NCBI GenBank assembly: GCA_051294375.1
Contig: CM119269.1
Coordinates: 21,003,665-21,067,664 of the forward strand
Direction of reading: 5' to 3'
Origin: Paraspadella gotoi
Lineage: Eukaryota > Animalia > Chaetognatha
DNA: 64,000 nucleotides
How positions within the stretch are numbered: the first letter of the stretch is position 1; each line of letters opens with the position of its first letter. Shown piece by piece: positions 24,301 through 37,350 of the stretch. Made by a program: the position numbers and the translations under genes. The notes under the pieces were generated by a model. It saw nothing but the letters and a program-made list of their open reading frames with translations, searched no databases and had not been told where the DNA came from.

Positions 24301-26681
24301 AAATAAAATTCGTTGCAAAATAAAATCAAACTTTGTTAAGAAAAAAATGTAAAATAAGAAAATCCAGAGTGAAGAAACAGTTACGTAATATGATAATAAT
24401 ATGTAATATGATAAAACACGTTTCGTTACCTGCACCGACACTCGGCATCGGCATCGGTGGCGTCGTAGCAGTCTGCGTCGGCAGTGCACCGGAGGTCGGC
24501 GCATCGACGCCAAACGCGTCGGCAGACGAGGCCGTCGCCCGAGAAACCAGGTCGGCAGAGACATCTGGGAGGAGGAAAAGAACAGTCTGTCAGTTTATGA
24601 CAGTTTAAAAAAAAAGAAGAAGAGCATGAAAATACGTAAGTATCAATTTCATACGATTTCATACCAAACAACAATAAATAAGAAAAATGCAACCAAATAT
24701 GACACGAAATGTCAGAAAATTAACATTTGACGCTCGACGCTCACCTCCCTCGTCCAGCGGCGTCCTCGACGCAGTCGGCGCCGGCGCCGCAGATCAAGTC
24801 GGAGCAGGAGACGATCTTAACGCAGAGGCCAACGACGTCAGTTTCGTTTTTATCGACGCCGATTCCGTCATTCGCGGCGTCGTTTTCATTAATTTTGACG
24901 CCGGTTTCGTTAACCGCGTCGGGGTCGTTTTCGGAAACCGCGACTCGGGCATAACCGGAACGGCACTCGCAGGCGGGTCGGCCGGACGCGGGATCAAGGA
25001 CGCATCTGGGAACGAGAAGAGGAAGGGGGGTTGAGTTTGGTTATCAGTTTCATTATCATCAACGACAACTGCTTCCCCCTTCCCTACCACCTTGACGTGA
25101 TCGGTTCGCACTCGAGTTCCTCACATCCCGGAATCTTTCGTCGGCACGTCTCTCCGTCTCCCTCGAATCCTTCGTTGCACCGACAAACGCCGACGCCGCC
25201 GTCGACCTCGATGACGCATCTGGCATCGGTTCCGCAGGCGACGTCGACGCAAGGGTCGTCGCTGTCGCCGCATCATGTACATGTAGGTCAAACGTTATGA
25301 ACTCGATGGACAGCGATCTGCTATCTCAATCTCTTATCAGTCCAAGAAGAAATAACTCGTAAGGTTACCTCTTTTCCAGCTTCTTCGCCCGTGTGGTCAA
25401 CGCGAATCGAACGATTCCTTCTCGTTCGTCGAAAACCACGAAATGCCGCCCGACTTCAAAGGCACCGCCTCGAAATCGGTTCCATCGGGAAAGAAACTCG
25501 CATTCGTCGTACTCGATCGTTTCATTCCACTCGACCTGAGGAGATTGTAAATAAATTAATTCTTAAAAAATTTATCGTTACAATTCTTTCTTTATTCAAG
25601 TTTACTTTAACCGTAAGTCATGATAATTAATTTAAAACATATAAAAGAGTATTGAAAAAGAGGCTCAAATAGATTAATGACAAAAGAGCAACCTTTGTGG
25701 AGCTTAGAATAAGTAAAAATACGATATTACAGTTTTCACGTTAAGCTTTATTTCATCATCCGGGCTTAGAGTTAGACCGATCTGTATTTCTCCGTCAGTC
25801 GATCAATTAACCCGTTCCACCTCTCTTACCCAATGCACGGCGCCGTCCACCCTGTACGACCTCCGAGACGTCGCCTCCAATGTTCCCGGCGCGGTTCGCC
25901 TCCATGCCTCTCGGTAATCGTCAGCGGTGAATCTTTGGGCGCCGGCGAGGTGCGTGGGAAGAGCGCCGCTTAGTTCGACGGCGACGCCGAGTTGATCATA
26001 GACGTCGACGCCGGTAAAAGTCTGCGTCATTTTAAAAACCGCCCCGCCTTCGAAGACGGCCTCGGCGCGATGTACGAGAACGCCGCCAGTGAGGGAAAAG
26101 CCGTTCGAGACGTCAGAAGCGGCGCCGGAACCCGCAGCGAAGAGCCAACCGATGACGCCGCCGAACGCCGTCGCCGCCTGCAGCTGGAAACCGACGCTAC
26201 CAGGAACGAGGCTGAGCGCCGTGTAGGCGCGCCCCTCTCGCGTCACCACGTATGAATGAAGGTCGAGAGCGCCGAGATCGACGCCGTTGACGACGCCGCG
26301 GACTTTGCCGCTCACCCGGCGCGGCGCGTCCCGTTCGAAGCAAGCGGCGCCGTTTCCGTAGAGTCCAACGTCGCAAACGCAGCAGGCGGTGGGAGGGCTG
26401 CGATTGGCAGAGGAGGTTACCGCAGCTTCGGCGTCGGCGGCAGAGTCAGAGACCGTTGCATCGGCGACTGCGTCGACACCGGAAGGGGGAAAGTCAACAC
26501 AGCGCGCCCGTGGGTGACAGGAGGAGAAGGAGGGAAGACAGGATGGGGGTTGTGGAGGAAGGGAAGAGGATGAAGAGGAGGAGAAAGATGGAAGAAGAAA
26601 TATTAAAAGGTAAAGATAGTAAGGAGTAGCGGGATCGACGAACCTTCGCGCCTCAAAACACCGTCTCGATAATAGAACCAT
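12384..26681 (-). CDS. Nid: Nidogen/entactin-like basement membrane protein, ~1143 aa, 12 exons: 26681-25830, 25535-25369, 25261-25091, 25005-24745, 24564-24430, 24113-23907, 23713-23526, 15110-14963, 14726-14550, 14170-13709, 13382-13222, 12886-12384
   Basis: Domain order: signal-peptide-like start, EGF ([23 protein letters not shown]), G2F beta-barrel ([43 protein letters not shown]), a run of EGF repeats, YWTD propeller ([53 protein letters not shown]), terminal EGF. All introns are GT-AG with compatible phases; exons sum to 3432 nt, divisible by 3. Confidence 0.92.
16625..16710. repeat. 19-bp minisatellite (AAAAACAGGTCCATTGCCT) x4 plus a partial copy
   Basis: Perfect tandem copies are visible in the sequence. 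Confidence 0.95.
16860..17062. repeat. Dispersed repeat with a degenerate CCCTAA/CCTAAC core; related tracts at ~19085-19290 (reverse), ~39100-39245, ~42200-42385 and ~42830-43110
   Basis: Degenerate cctaac/ccctaa arrays. The copies at 17040 and 43090 share the downstream motif TTCTGGGAAAATA(A/G)G(G/C)CAAAAAA. The 42200 copy has imperfect inverted ends (aattttactttcgccgaccg / cggtcgacaaaatcaaatt). Confidence 0.6.
17325..22393 (+). CDS. Type II membrane STELLO/DUF288-like glycosyltransferase with an additional C-terminal domain, ~1036 aa, 8 exons: 17325-17436, 17539-17712, 18144-18269, 18864-19044, 19345-19474, 19551-19809, 20056-20352, 20562-22393
   Basis: N-terminal TM segment ([15 protein letters not shown]), a stem, then STELLO-type motifs [106 protein letters not shown] introns with compatible phases; exons sum to 3111 nt, divisible by 3. 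Confidence 0.85.
17833..17980. repeat. AT-rich tandem repeat (TTCTAATTCTATT / TTCTATT units)
   Basis: Visible in intron 2 of the STELLO-like gene. Confidence 0.9.
18393..18752 (+). mobile_element. tRNA-derived SINE, near full length; 3' fragments at ~36436-36545 (-), ~39378-39450 (-), ~43918-44030 (-), plus mirrored copies in the right arm
   Basis: The tRNA-like head has a GCGGCCA...TGGCCGT acceptor-like stem, an A-box-like TGGTCCCGGAGG and a B-box-like GGTTCTAGCCC. The 3' body (gtgatggaggccttaaaccacc..gtccaaagtcagggacaagatagcttatttatt..gtaccaatttcata) recurs several times in the window. Confidence 0.75.
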
Positions 26682-27908
26682 TTTTACGGTTTTTGGAGTT
26701 TTTCTTTTTTTTTCTTTTTTTTTTGTAGAGAAAAATTGCTTTTAAAATCGGTTTGCTTTATTCCGTGCTGCGACGATTCTTTCGTTCACTTTTGTGTCGT
26801 TTTATTTTTTGTTTTTTTATTCTTATTGTTGGCGGCGTCGTCGCGCTTCCTTTTTGTCTAATTAGTATAAAATGTAAAGAGGTTCAAAAATTAAAAATGC
26901 CTCAAGGAAAGGTTCAAAAAAACATTCACGTGAGAGAGAGCATGTATATATTAATAAAAAAATAGTAAGGAATATAAATAAAAAATAATTATTTGGAAAA
27001 ATATCATACTCGTGTTTAAATTTAAACCAACGAAAAGAAAGTAAAAAAACAAATTTACTTTGAAGAGATAAGAAAACATAAGGAAAAAATAATGAAAGCG
27101 ACCAAAAAGAGCTCCGTTAAAAAAAATATAAAAAAATATATTTATATATAATATATAAAAAATATAAAAATGTAAGAGAAGTGAGAAAATTAAAATAGAT
27201 AGGAAAAAGAACAAAAACTGAAAGACTTAAATGGATAATCCGATCATTTAAAAAAATTATTGGTTTTGTCAACGACGAAAGTGTATTTTTTGAATCTCTT
27301 TTTCTCTCCCTTTCTTTCTCGCTCTCTTCACAGGATGAAAAAATATATGATATATAGCTAGTTATCACGCGATCGTCCTACTTTATTTATTCATCCTTTA
27401 CAGTTTTATATATTTAGTTTTTCATAAATATTTTTTACCGACAAAAAAAAATTAATGGAAGGGAAAAAGCTGTCGCTGTTGTGTTTTGACTACACGCTTC
27501 AAGTTCAAAGATCATTTTCCTCGACGTCTTTGTCGTAGATTTTTCCGTCGTTTTATAAATTATTGGGTCGTGAAATTTGACGGAAGTTTGAAGTAATTTA
27601 ATTTGATTTGATGCAATTTTGTATCATGTTTTCTACGTCTACTGGACCCATAAAGAGAGATAGTGAAAGAGAGAAAAAGAGAGAGAGATAGAGATGGGGA
27701 ACTTAAAGACACTGGGCTCTCGACCACTAAACTAGGGAAACAGGTTAGCGTTTTCTTTGTGTCTTCTTCCTGGTCATCATCGTCGTCATCTTCGTTTTCT
27801 TCGTCATCGTCTTCTACGTGGATATTTTTATGGTCCAGAGCTCTTCGCCTCCCGCGAAGCAGAAGAACCGTAATTGTTCCTTGTGATCTTCGTGTCGAAG
27901 GTTTATGA

Positions 27909-28215
27909 TTCTCTCTCTCTTTCTTTCTTTTTCTCTCTCTCTCTATCTATCTATCTCTCTATCTTCTCTGTCTCTATCTATCTATCTATCTATCTCTATT
28001 TCTCTCTCTCTCTCTTATCTATCTCTCTATCTCTCTCTATCTATCTATCTCTATCTCTCTCTATCTCTATCTCTCTTACTATCTATCTTTCTCTCTCTCT
28101 CTATCTATATCTCTATCTATTTATCTCTATCTCTCTCTATCTCTCTCTCTCTATCTATCTACCTCTCTATCTCTCTCTCTCTATCTATCTTTCTATCTAT
28201 CTATCTCTCTCTCTA

Positions 28216-28264
<49 letters not shown>

Positions 28265-28276
28265 CTATCTATCATC

Positions 28277-28307
<31 letters not shown>

Positions 28308-28321
28308 CTATCTATCTATCT

Positions 28322-28391
<70 letters not shown>
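27909..28391. repeat. (CT)n/(CTAT)n compound microsatellite, mirrored at ~61815-62285; other (CT/GA)n tracts at ~32941-33041, 35355-35392, 38550-38640, 47265-47556, 48886-48970 and 49596-49684
   Basis: Visible in the sequence; it accounts for the SLSLSL/ERERER ORFs. Confidence 0.97.
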
Positions 28392-28392
<1 letters not shown>

Positions 28393-30769
28393 CTTTCTGC
28401 CGCGTTACGTTAATCACAAATTTTCTAGGCACTCACTGCTTCTGACTGAAATTGGATTCTCAACTCTTCTCTCTGTTCTATCGATCAACACAAGAATCCC
28501 TTCAGAGCCTCGATATTCTGAAATTAGTACAACCAAACCCTTACTCGCCATATCCATCCCTATCGTGTCTATTATCAATCGATATGTCGTTATCGAGTTA
28601 AAAATAGATTCAAAATATCCCCCCCCATTATCCCCCCCCCCAAAAAAAACAAAAAAAACAAAAGACAACAGAAATCGACGAAGAATGGAACGCGAGTGCA
28701 TCGAATCACGTGACCAAGATAACAAAAAGACGTAAAAGCCGACTGCTATGAGGACGACGATGACGACGACCACTGGCATGAGAAAAGACGTTCACCGACG
28801 TCGATCATTGATTTCCGATCTCGATTTAAAAAAAAAAAAATAATTAAAACGAAGACGACGACGACGGCGAAACTGATGACGAAGTAAAATAAAGCGAATG
28901 CGACGTCAACGATAAAAAAAGAGGACGTCATTCGGTGAGAAAAACCCCGGATGATGATGAGCAGGAGGACTACGACAACAACGACGACAACTTTGACGAC
29001 CACCTCTGATCCTTTCCGTTTTCATCGCGTGTCAAATTCAGACCCCCCAAAAAAAAAAAAAATCTCCCCAGCGACGAATGACGAGTGACGATTCGCCGTC
29101 GGCGGCGAAGTCGCTTCGTGATTTCGTCATAACCCATCTCTTTCTTCCTTGTTCTCACTTTGATGCTTCTCCTTCAAACTTTTCACACAGTGACGCCTAT
29201 CTATAAATTTGGCGCCAAACAAAGCCTGGATCGATCAAGGTCGAGGATAGGCTTCAATCTTCACGAGCTTAATCGGACCTGCTCGCGTTCTCCCGCGGGA
29301 CATCGTGCGGAATGATCAAGGGCGATCAGCTGTAAAAAGGGGAATAATATCACGAAAAAACTCTGGTGGCCTTATTAATAAAAAAAAATATGATAAAATT
29401 CATCATGGGCGTCGAATGTTATCTTTCTGACTTTTCGTGTCATAGTTGGTTGTATAATGTATAATTTGTATATGGGTTAAAGATGTTTTCTTTCTTATTT
29501 CACTCTTTTATTTATTGTTATGTTTGGTATGAAATTGTATGAAATTTGTATTTACTTATTTCTACTCAACTCCTAAACTTTTCTCAAAAATAAAAGTCAC
29601 ACAAAAATATATCAGTTGTATCGATGTTATTTTGTCTGGGAAAAGACAGATAAAACAGTCTCTCTCTCATCCAAAATTATAACTAAATCATTTTTTTATC
29701 GTTTTTAACTTGTAAATTTCTTAATCTTTAATAACGATTTTTTTTTATGTTTTAGATCATATTGATATTAATATGGATAAACCCATTTTACTACTTTGGT
29801 GACAACAAACTAAACGCTTTTCAAATGGCTATCCGTACATCAAATAAGTTTTTTCAAAGTATTTAATCGACTTTAATGATAAGATATAAAGAAAAGGAAA
29901 GAGAGAAAGTAAATATGACCTTTCTGATGAAAGTCGAAAACCATAAAAGGAAATACGAAATAGACTCACCCAAGGGATGTGTAAAAGGAAAAGGGAGAGG
30001 TAATACTAAGTTTAGAGTTCTCTCGCTCTCTCTCCCTCTCTCTCTCTCAGCGGCGCAACATATTAGAATTACCGTTCTTATTGTAATAAGGTTATTTAAT
30101 TATGAAATTAACTAACTTATTCAAATTTGTATTAACGTCCAAGTTTTGTTTGTTCTTTGATGAGCTATGATGACATGTGATAACCAAATTAAATGACAAG
30201 ACTATTTGAGATAATACCTCTTATTTATTATGTCTACTAAACAAATTTTTATCACTTTTTTTCCTATGAGCCAGTGAAAGAACTACAAATTACAATAATA
30301 ATTAATTTACGAAATACTGGACAATCAATGAAATAAAATAACAAAAATAATGTGAAATAGACTGACATAGGAGATATTGTCATAGCTAATAAAGGATGTA
30401 GATTTTGAACAAAGGTATATGAAGTTGTGATAATTGACAAATGACCATATTTTTTTTTAGGTTAGGCATAAATGTAAATGAAAGAACACCCCCTCATCTA
30501 GCAGACGGCGGGCCCCGCTGACCGAACGGGCCGTATTGAATAATAAGTGGTCGTCAGGACTTTACATAAAGACATCAACCAAGAGAAAGTCGAATACCGG
30601 TGATCAATTGTGAATCGAATATGAATTCTACACGTATTACTAAAACATTTGTAAAACCGTTTTCCTAAGACAAATTATTTATTTACCGATCCAAATCTAA
30701 AACCTAAAGCCTTTTATTTTTAGGACAAATCATGGATAAGCTCTCGCTGTCAGCTGCGTAAATAAGCTG

Positions 30770-32006
30770 TCACTCTTGGCAAGGCCAGTCCGACCAAATC
30801 TCCTTCTTAATTCTATCCAAGTATGCTTTCACGTTCGGGCACTTCTTTTCGATGTACGCGCTGTGCTTCTTCTCGAAATCTTGATAGACGAACTGTCCGA
30901 GAATCCCGAACATGCTGCAGTCGATCTCCGACATTTTGTCGCCCATGAAGTAAGTTTTGTTTCCGAGGTAAACGTTGATGGCGATGATGTCCTTCACGAA
31001 AATGCTCCACTGTTCTTGGACGGAGTGACGACCAATTCCTGTTTAGAGTCGATTGATAATTTTACGTTGAAAATAAAAGCGAAACTATATCGTTTATAAT
31101 ATAAAATATAATGTTAACCTTGGAAGTACGTGGTTATATTGACGAAAAATGGAATGACGTATCTGATAACGAATTTTGGTGCCCCTTTCCAGTGTTTCGC
31201 CACCTCGTCTGAGGATCGGAGAAAACGACTGCATCCATGCAAGAAGTACATGCTTTCTTCGAGGAGCTTAAGTGAAGAAAAAAAGGCGGAGGGGGAGATA
31301 GAGGGAGAGAGAGGGAGAAAAAGTTTAAGTAGAGAGACGCGAAGAGATTTGCAATTTGTTAATTGTTAATTGTTAATTATTAATTGTTAATTGTTAATTT
31401 CATCGCTTCACCTTCCGAAACGCATGAGACACTGCCTTCTCTTCCGCATTGAGATGTGCATCCATGTCGACACCAAATACTTCGTTCAGAATCTCAATGC
31501 AAAATTGTGAGTCGGCGATGGCTTCGCCGTTGATCTGAATCCACGGAGATTTTCCTTTGGACGATTTTGGATGACGAAAATCGACTTCGTACCTGAAGTG
31601 AATCGTGGTCCCATTTTTTTAAATAAAAGATGTACATACAATTTATTTCATACATATCAAGATTCCTTAGTAATAAATAGAACTTAAAATTGGAGGCCGC
31701 TTTTTTTGTAGCTTAAACGTTAAAAGTCTATTAACAAATTTCTTTACCCCACGAGAAAAAAATAATAAAAGTTGACTGATCTTACGGAATCTTATTGGCC
31801 CGCAGAAACGTTTCCAGTTTGAGAGGAAATGGCGAGATGTTGGGAGCGAAGGGTCCGCGGGACAGCATGTGAAGGCGGACGACCCCCAAGGGAAGAGTGG
31901 GGTCGATTCTTTTGGAGGATTTGGGCCAAAGAAGAGAGATGGCAATGGAGAGGCCGACGAAGGCGACGACCAGAGTTTCGGGGGCGCAAAGGCAATCGGC
32001 CGCCAT
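30770..32006 (-). CDS. FAXC: Failed-axon-connections (FAX/FAXC, metaxin-GST-like) family protein, ~272 aa, exons 32006-31786, 31592-31412, 31266-31119, 31038-30770
   Basis: N-terminal hydrophobic anchor, then PNISPFPLKLETFLRANKIPYE, SSKGKSPWIQINGEAIADSQFCIE, LLEESMY, QGIGRHS, LGNKTYFMGDKMSEIDCSMFGILGQ, PNVKAYLDRIKKEIWSDW. Exons sum to 819 nt with compatible phases. Orthology versus paralogy is not resolved. Confidence 0.88.
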
Positions 32007-33162
<1,156 letters not shown>

Positions 33163-35133
33163 ATGCACGTCGCATTCGTCACCGACTCCAACCATCCGGC
33201 AATAATCGCGGAGGAAGGTAAGGTTTTACCGGTTTTCCTCACCCAAATATTTTTGTACAGACTTTTCAATCACCTCCACCGCAGGTGACACTCTCTTGGC
33301 ACAGTACCTGCAGCGCCGGGGCTGCAGAGTGACCGGCGTTCCGTGGGACGACGACAGCGCCTCTTGGGAAGATTTCGACGTTGTCTTCCTGCGCAGCTGC
33401 TACAATTATCACCTACAGGTGAAATTGGGGGACCAATGTGATTAATCTTTTTCATGTCGGTTTATCCATAAGTATTTTGCTAATTTTTTTGTTTCCAATT
33501 AATCGTGTATGGCGATATATTCACACCGCCTCACGGCCATTATCGGTCAGCCAATACCATTGGCTCAGAGGGAGAACACACCAACCGAGACGTTGTGTTC
33601 CATCCACAGTCCTAACGACTTCCCTCTGCGTTTTCAAAGGGTAACCACGCCAGTGACTGGAGGCGTCACTGAGGGTCGGAAGCCCCCAAAGCCAACAGTG
33701 AGATGCCCCATCCCAATGGGCATCACAGGCAACCCGGCTGCTGCCATATTAAGAAAATTTGTTTGTGGAATTTGTGAAAATTAATAAAGGAGAATAAATG
33801 AGCGACTCTTTGAAAAAATATTTTAAATTATTTTTGAGGTTTTTATATCTTTTTTTCTTTTACTCATTTCGCGTCATATTTTTTAACATTGAGTCCGCCT
33901 CCGTCCGACCCTGCCTCGTCCAACCTTAATCCAGACGAACCGTTTTCTCCGCTGGTTGGAATCGATCGAAAGAAAAGGAATTCCTATCTTTAATCCGCCG
34001 CCGATCGTGAGATGGAATCACCGCAAGACTTACCTTCGTGATTTGGAATCGAGAGGTCTACCGGATAACGTCAAGCTGCCCGCCACTATCTGGATCGACA
34101 GGGCAAATATCGGGGCCTTTCGTCTGAAGGACGAGTTGGCTGCCCGCGGGATTGAAAAGGCAGTCGTCAAGCCCGTCGTCGGAGGGGGTATGGTCGTGTG
34201 GTAAAAGTAGTTCTTGTTGAGTGTTTCTGATATTATAACAACATTATTCTCAGACGGTCTTTTCCAGTGGATCGTCGAAACTGACAAAGTCACGAAAAAG
34301 GAGGAGGAAAGACTGAAGGTCAGGGGAGAGCAAATAACGGATGTTAATTTTGTTATTTTCGCTATTTCTAAATCCGCCCACTCATCGATTTCTCTAAAAG
34401 GCGGAACTGCAGACTGGCGACCTCATGGTCCAACAATACATCACGGAGATCGACGAAGCGTCCGAGGTAAACCTCATCTTTTGCGATGGCGTCTTTACCA
34501 ACGCCGTCTTCAAGTCCGCGATGTACACGACGGGCTCTCGGGTCGTGCAGACGTTCGAACCCTGCCTGCCCGACAAGAGGATCGTGGCTGCGGCCGAAAA
34601 GGTTATTTTTGAAGATAATTAATAAATTGTTAGGTTTTTTTTTTTAATTTAGTTTAAAAGTGACGATTTAAGCTATTGTCACTCCGGTGGATCGTGGCTC
34701 GTCAGGTTGAGGGATCGAATCCCGATGGAGACATATTATTTTGGTGCCTGGGGCAAAGGCTAAAGAAATAAATCATTGATTAGCAATTATTCATTTAATA
34801 ATCATTTAAAATTTATAATTTCAGATCCTTCAACTTCTCGATTCCCGCGTGCTCTACGCAAGAGTCGATTTCGTCGTCGCCGCCGACAAAGACGGCGCCC
34901 CGGCGTCGCCCCCAACCGCCCTTAACCCGACGACGGCGTCGCCCCCGACCAACGGACGCTTACCGACGGCGTCGTTGGACTCTGGATTCCTTTATCTCCT
35001 GGAGGTCGAGCTGATCGAACCCTCGCTGTTTCTCTACGAAGATTCGGTGGAGACCGCGGGTCAACTCCTCCTTAAACGAATCCGATCCGATTTAGAAAAT
35101 GAGAAAAATGAGAAAAATTCCTCAATAGTTTAG
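33163..35133 (+). CDS. Bacterial-type ATP-grasp ligase (DcsG-like; RimK/glutathione-synthetase-like), ~338 aa, exons 33163-33217, 33285-33418, 33935-34187, 34254-34318, 34401-34601, 34825-35133
   Basis: Motifs VPWDD..WEDFDVVFLRSCYNY, IFNPPPIVRWNHRKTYLRDL, AVVKPVVGG, LMVQQYI..EVNLIF..G.FTNAVFK, LYARVDF, LLEVELIEPSLFL. Five GT-AG introns with compatible phases; 1017 nt in total. Confidence 0.88.
33508..33748. other. GC-rich, highly self-complementary 241-nt element in intron 2 of the ATP-grasp gene (ncRNA or mobile-element fragment)
   Basis: The ends pair (TATGGC/GCCATA). Internal helices: AGCCAAT/ATTGGCT, CAGAGGGA/TCCCTCTG, GAACACA/TGTGTTC, CAGTGAC/GTCACTG, GATGCCC/GGGCATC. Composition differs sharply from the AT-rich intron. 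Confidence 0.5.
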
Positions 35134-35349
35134 ACATTCTGTCTCTTCCTTCTCTTTCTCATTTCTCTCATTTTCTCAGTTCACTCTCTATATACATGTA
35201 TCTCTTTGTCTCTCGTTTTATTTTTCTCTCTCTATCTCTCTTTTTTTTTTTTCTATCTCTCTTTCAATTTCTTTCTCACTCTTTGTCACTCGTTGTCGCT
35301 CTCTCCCTTTTCTTTTCTCTTTCTATCTTTCTTTCCCTCAATTTCTCTC

Positions 35350-35397
<48 letters not shown>

Positions 35398-36883
35398 TAC
35401 CGCCTTTTCTCCTCGAAGAAAGCACTTATGGTGGACTAAAATCCACCAACCGTTCAGTGTTCAGTGTTCACACTCTATCACTAAAAATGTCCGAAATATT
35501 ATGTTATTTTCGGATTTAAACAAACGTTGCTTGAATAAAAACAGAAAATGTTAATGAATTGAAGCTGGTACAATCAATAATAAATAGCATTCTGTAATTG
35601 ATAACAAAGCTTTTTTTAACTTCTCGATTTTCTCTATCTGACTCATTGTCGCGATGCTCATTTGTTTCCCTTCGTCACGCCTCCAACGTCCGCATATAAA
35701 AAAAACTTGCTTTTGTTGTGAAAGTCAATTTTAAGGATTTCGACCTGGAGATCGGAGAAAATTTTTTGGCGACGTGGACGACGACGACCTCAAAGTATTT
35801 TCGATATCGAATCACAAATCCGTGAAATGACGTCGTCTCGGTTTCCCGCTCAAAAATATAAGCGTAGTAACGCTTATCGTGGCATCAGGTACTTCACTGA
35901 ATTTATTCGCAGAAACGCATCGCGCGCTTTTCTTTTATGGAAGCGATAAACGCGACCCCTTTTTCAAATCCGAGAATTTTTCTGAAGAAAACTTGATGAA
36001 ATTTTAACGGCGATTTTATTAAATTTAGATCGGATTCGGTGAAAAGTTTTCTTTCATATCATGAATCCGTTACACTTATTTAAAGATTTGTCCCCATAAT
36101 CTAGTGATCAATCCGTACCGACTTTTTTTACAGGGAAATAGTTAGTCTATATTTTTGGGTAGGAATGAATACAATTTTTTTTTTCAAGACTTTCAAACAA
36201 AACGAAGTACGTAAGAATCGTATATTTATATAAAAATTAACGAGATGGCGCTTAACTGAAACAAGTCAATGACCCGGGTCCCGGGTTCAAGGTTCTCTTC
36301 AAAATTTATCGAAGGTTTTATCCCTCAATAGCTCTCAAAACTTGATAAGATATTTTTATGCAAATTATACAAACAATACAATTTATAATTTCATTTATAA
36401 CAACTGTTAAATGTTTTACGTCCCATTTTATCATTATGAAATTGGTACATTCATTCATTCAATAAATAAGCTATTTTGTCCCTGACTTTGGATACTATCC
36501 AATGGATAGGGCATGGTGGTTTAAGGACTCCATCACTCTGACAAGTTTCTTACTTTATCAATAAAGTGGTATAATACTTCATAGAATGTTTCAATTGTAT
36601 AAAAAAAACCACTCCCTCAAGTATTAGATCGGCGATTAATATATTTACTCCGAACTATTATTAAATTACTTGGAGCTATATATATATATTTGTTTCACAT
36701 TCGGCTGCAAATAAACACAGACTATATAAGTAGAATTTTCCTCTCAATACATTTTAGAAAGTCGGCATTTTTTGTGTTTATGTCCCGACGACTATCAATC
36801 CGCGACCGAAGACGTTTATTCTTGGCGACTGTCATCTTGCGCCTGGCAACCTTCTATCCGAGCCTGTCAACATTCATCATCGA

Positions 36884-36919
<36 letters not shown>

Positions 36920-37350
36920 GCAAGAAAGGGAAATGAGGTTTTTATTGTTGCATAAAATTTGCATAAGATTTTTTTTTCCTCGGGCTTCTTTTCTTTCATC
37001 GGTCCTTTTCTTTTTCCTCTACTTACTTCCTCTCCTTCTCTTTCTTCTCAATTTCTCCTTACTATTCTTTCATTTTTTTTTTTTTAAATGTTCCTCCGAC
37101 AACATATATACCTCTGCTCCTTTCTCCCGTCATTTTTTCTTTCCTTATTTCTTTCCACAATCTCCAGCTCTCTCGGTTTTTTTCTTTTCTTACCTTCCTC
37201 CCTTTTTTTTTCTTTTCTCATTCAACTAAAAATAGCACGCCTCACCTGGTGAGTTTTTCTTCTGGACCCTCGATCCCCTTGAGGCTTCTTCAACCTTATG
37301 ACCCCATCTCCCCATTTCGCTCTCCCTCTTTTTTTCCTTTTCTTCTCCTC

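Noticed and set aside
27874-28735. Long SLSIYL- or ERER-type ORFs here and elsewhere, and ORFs spanning N runs
   Set aside because: They are translations of microsatellites or assembly gaps.
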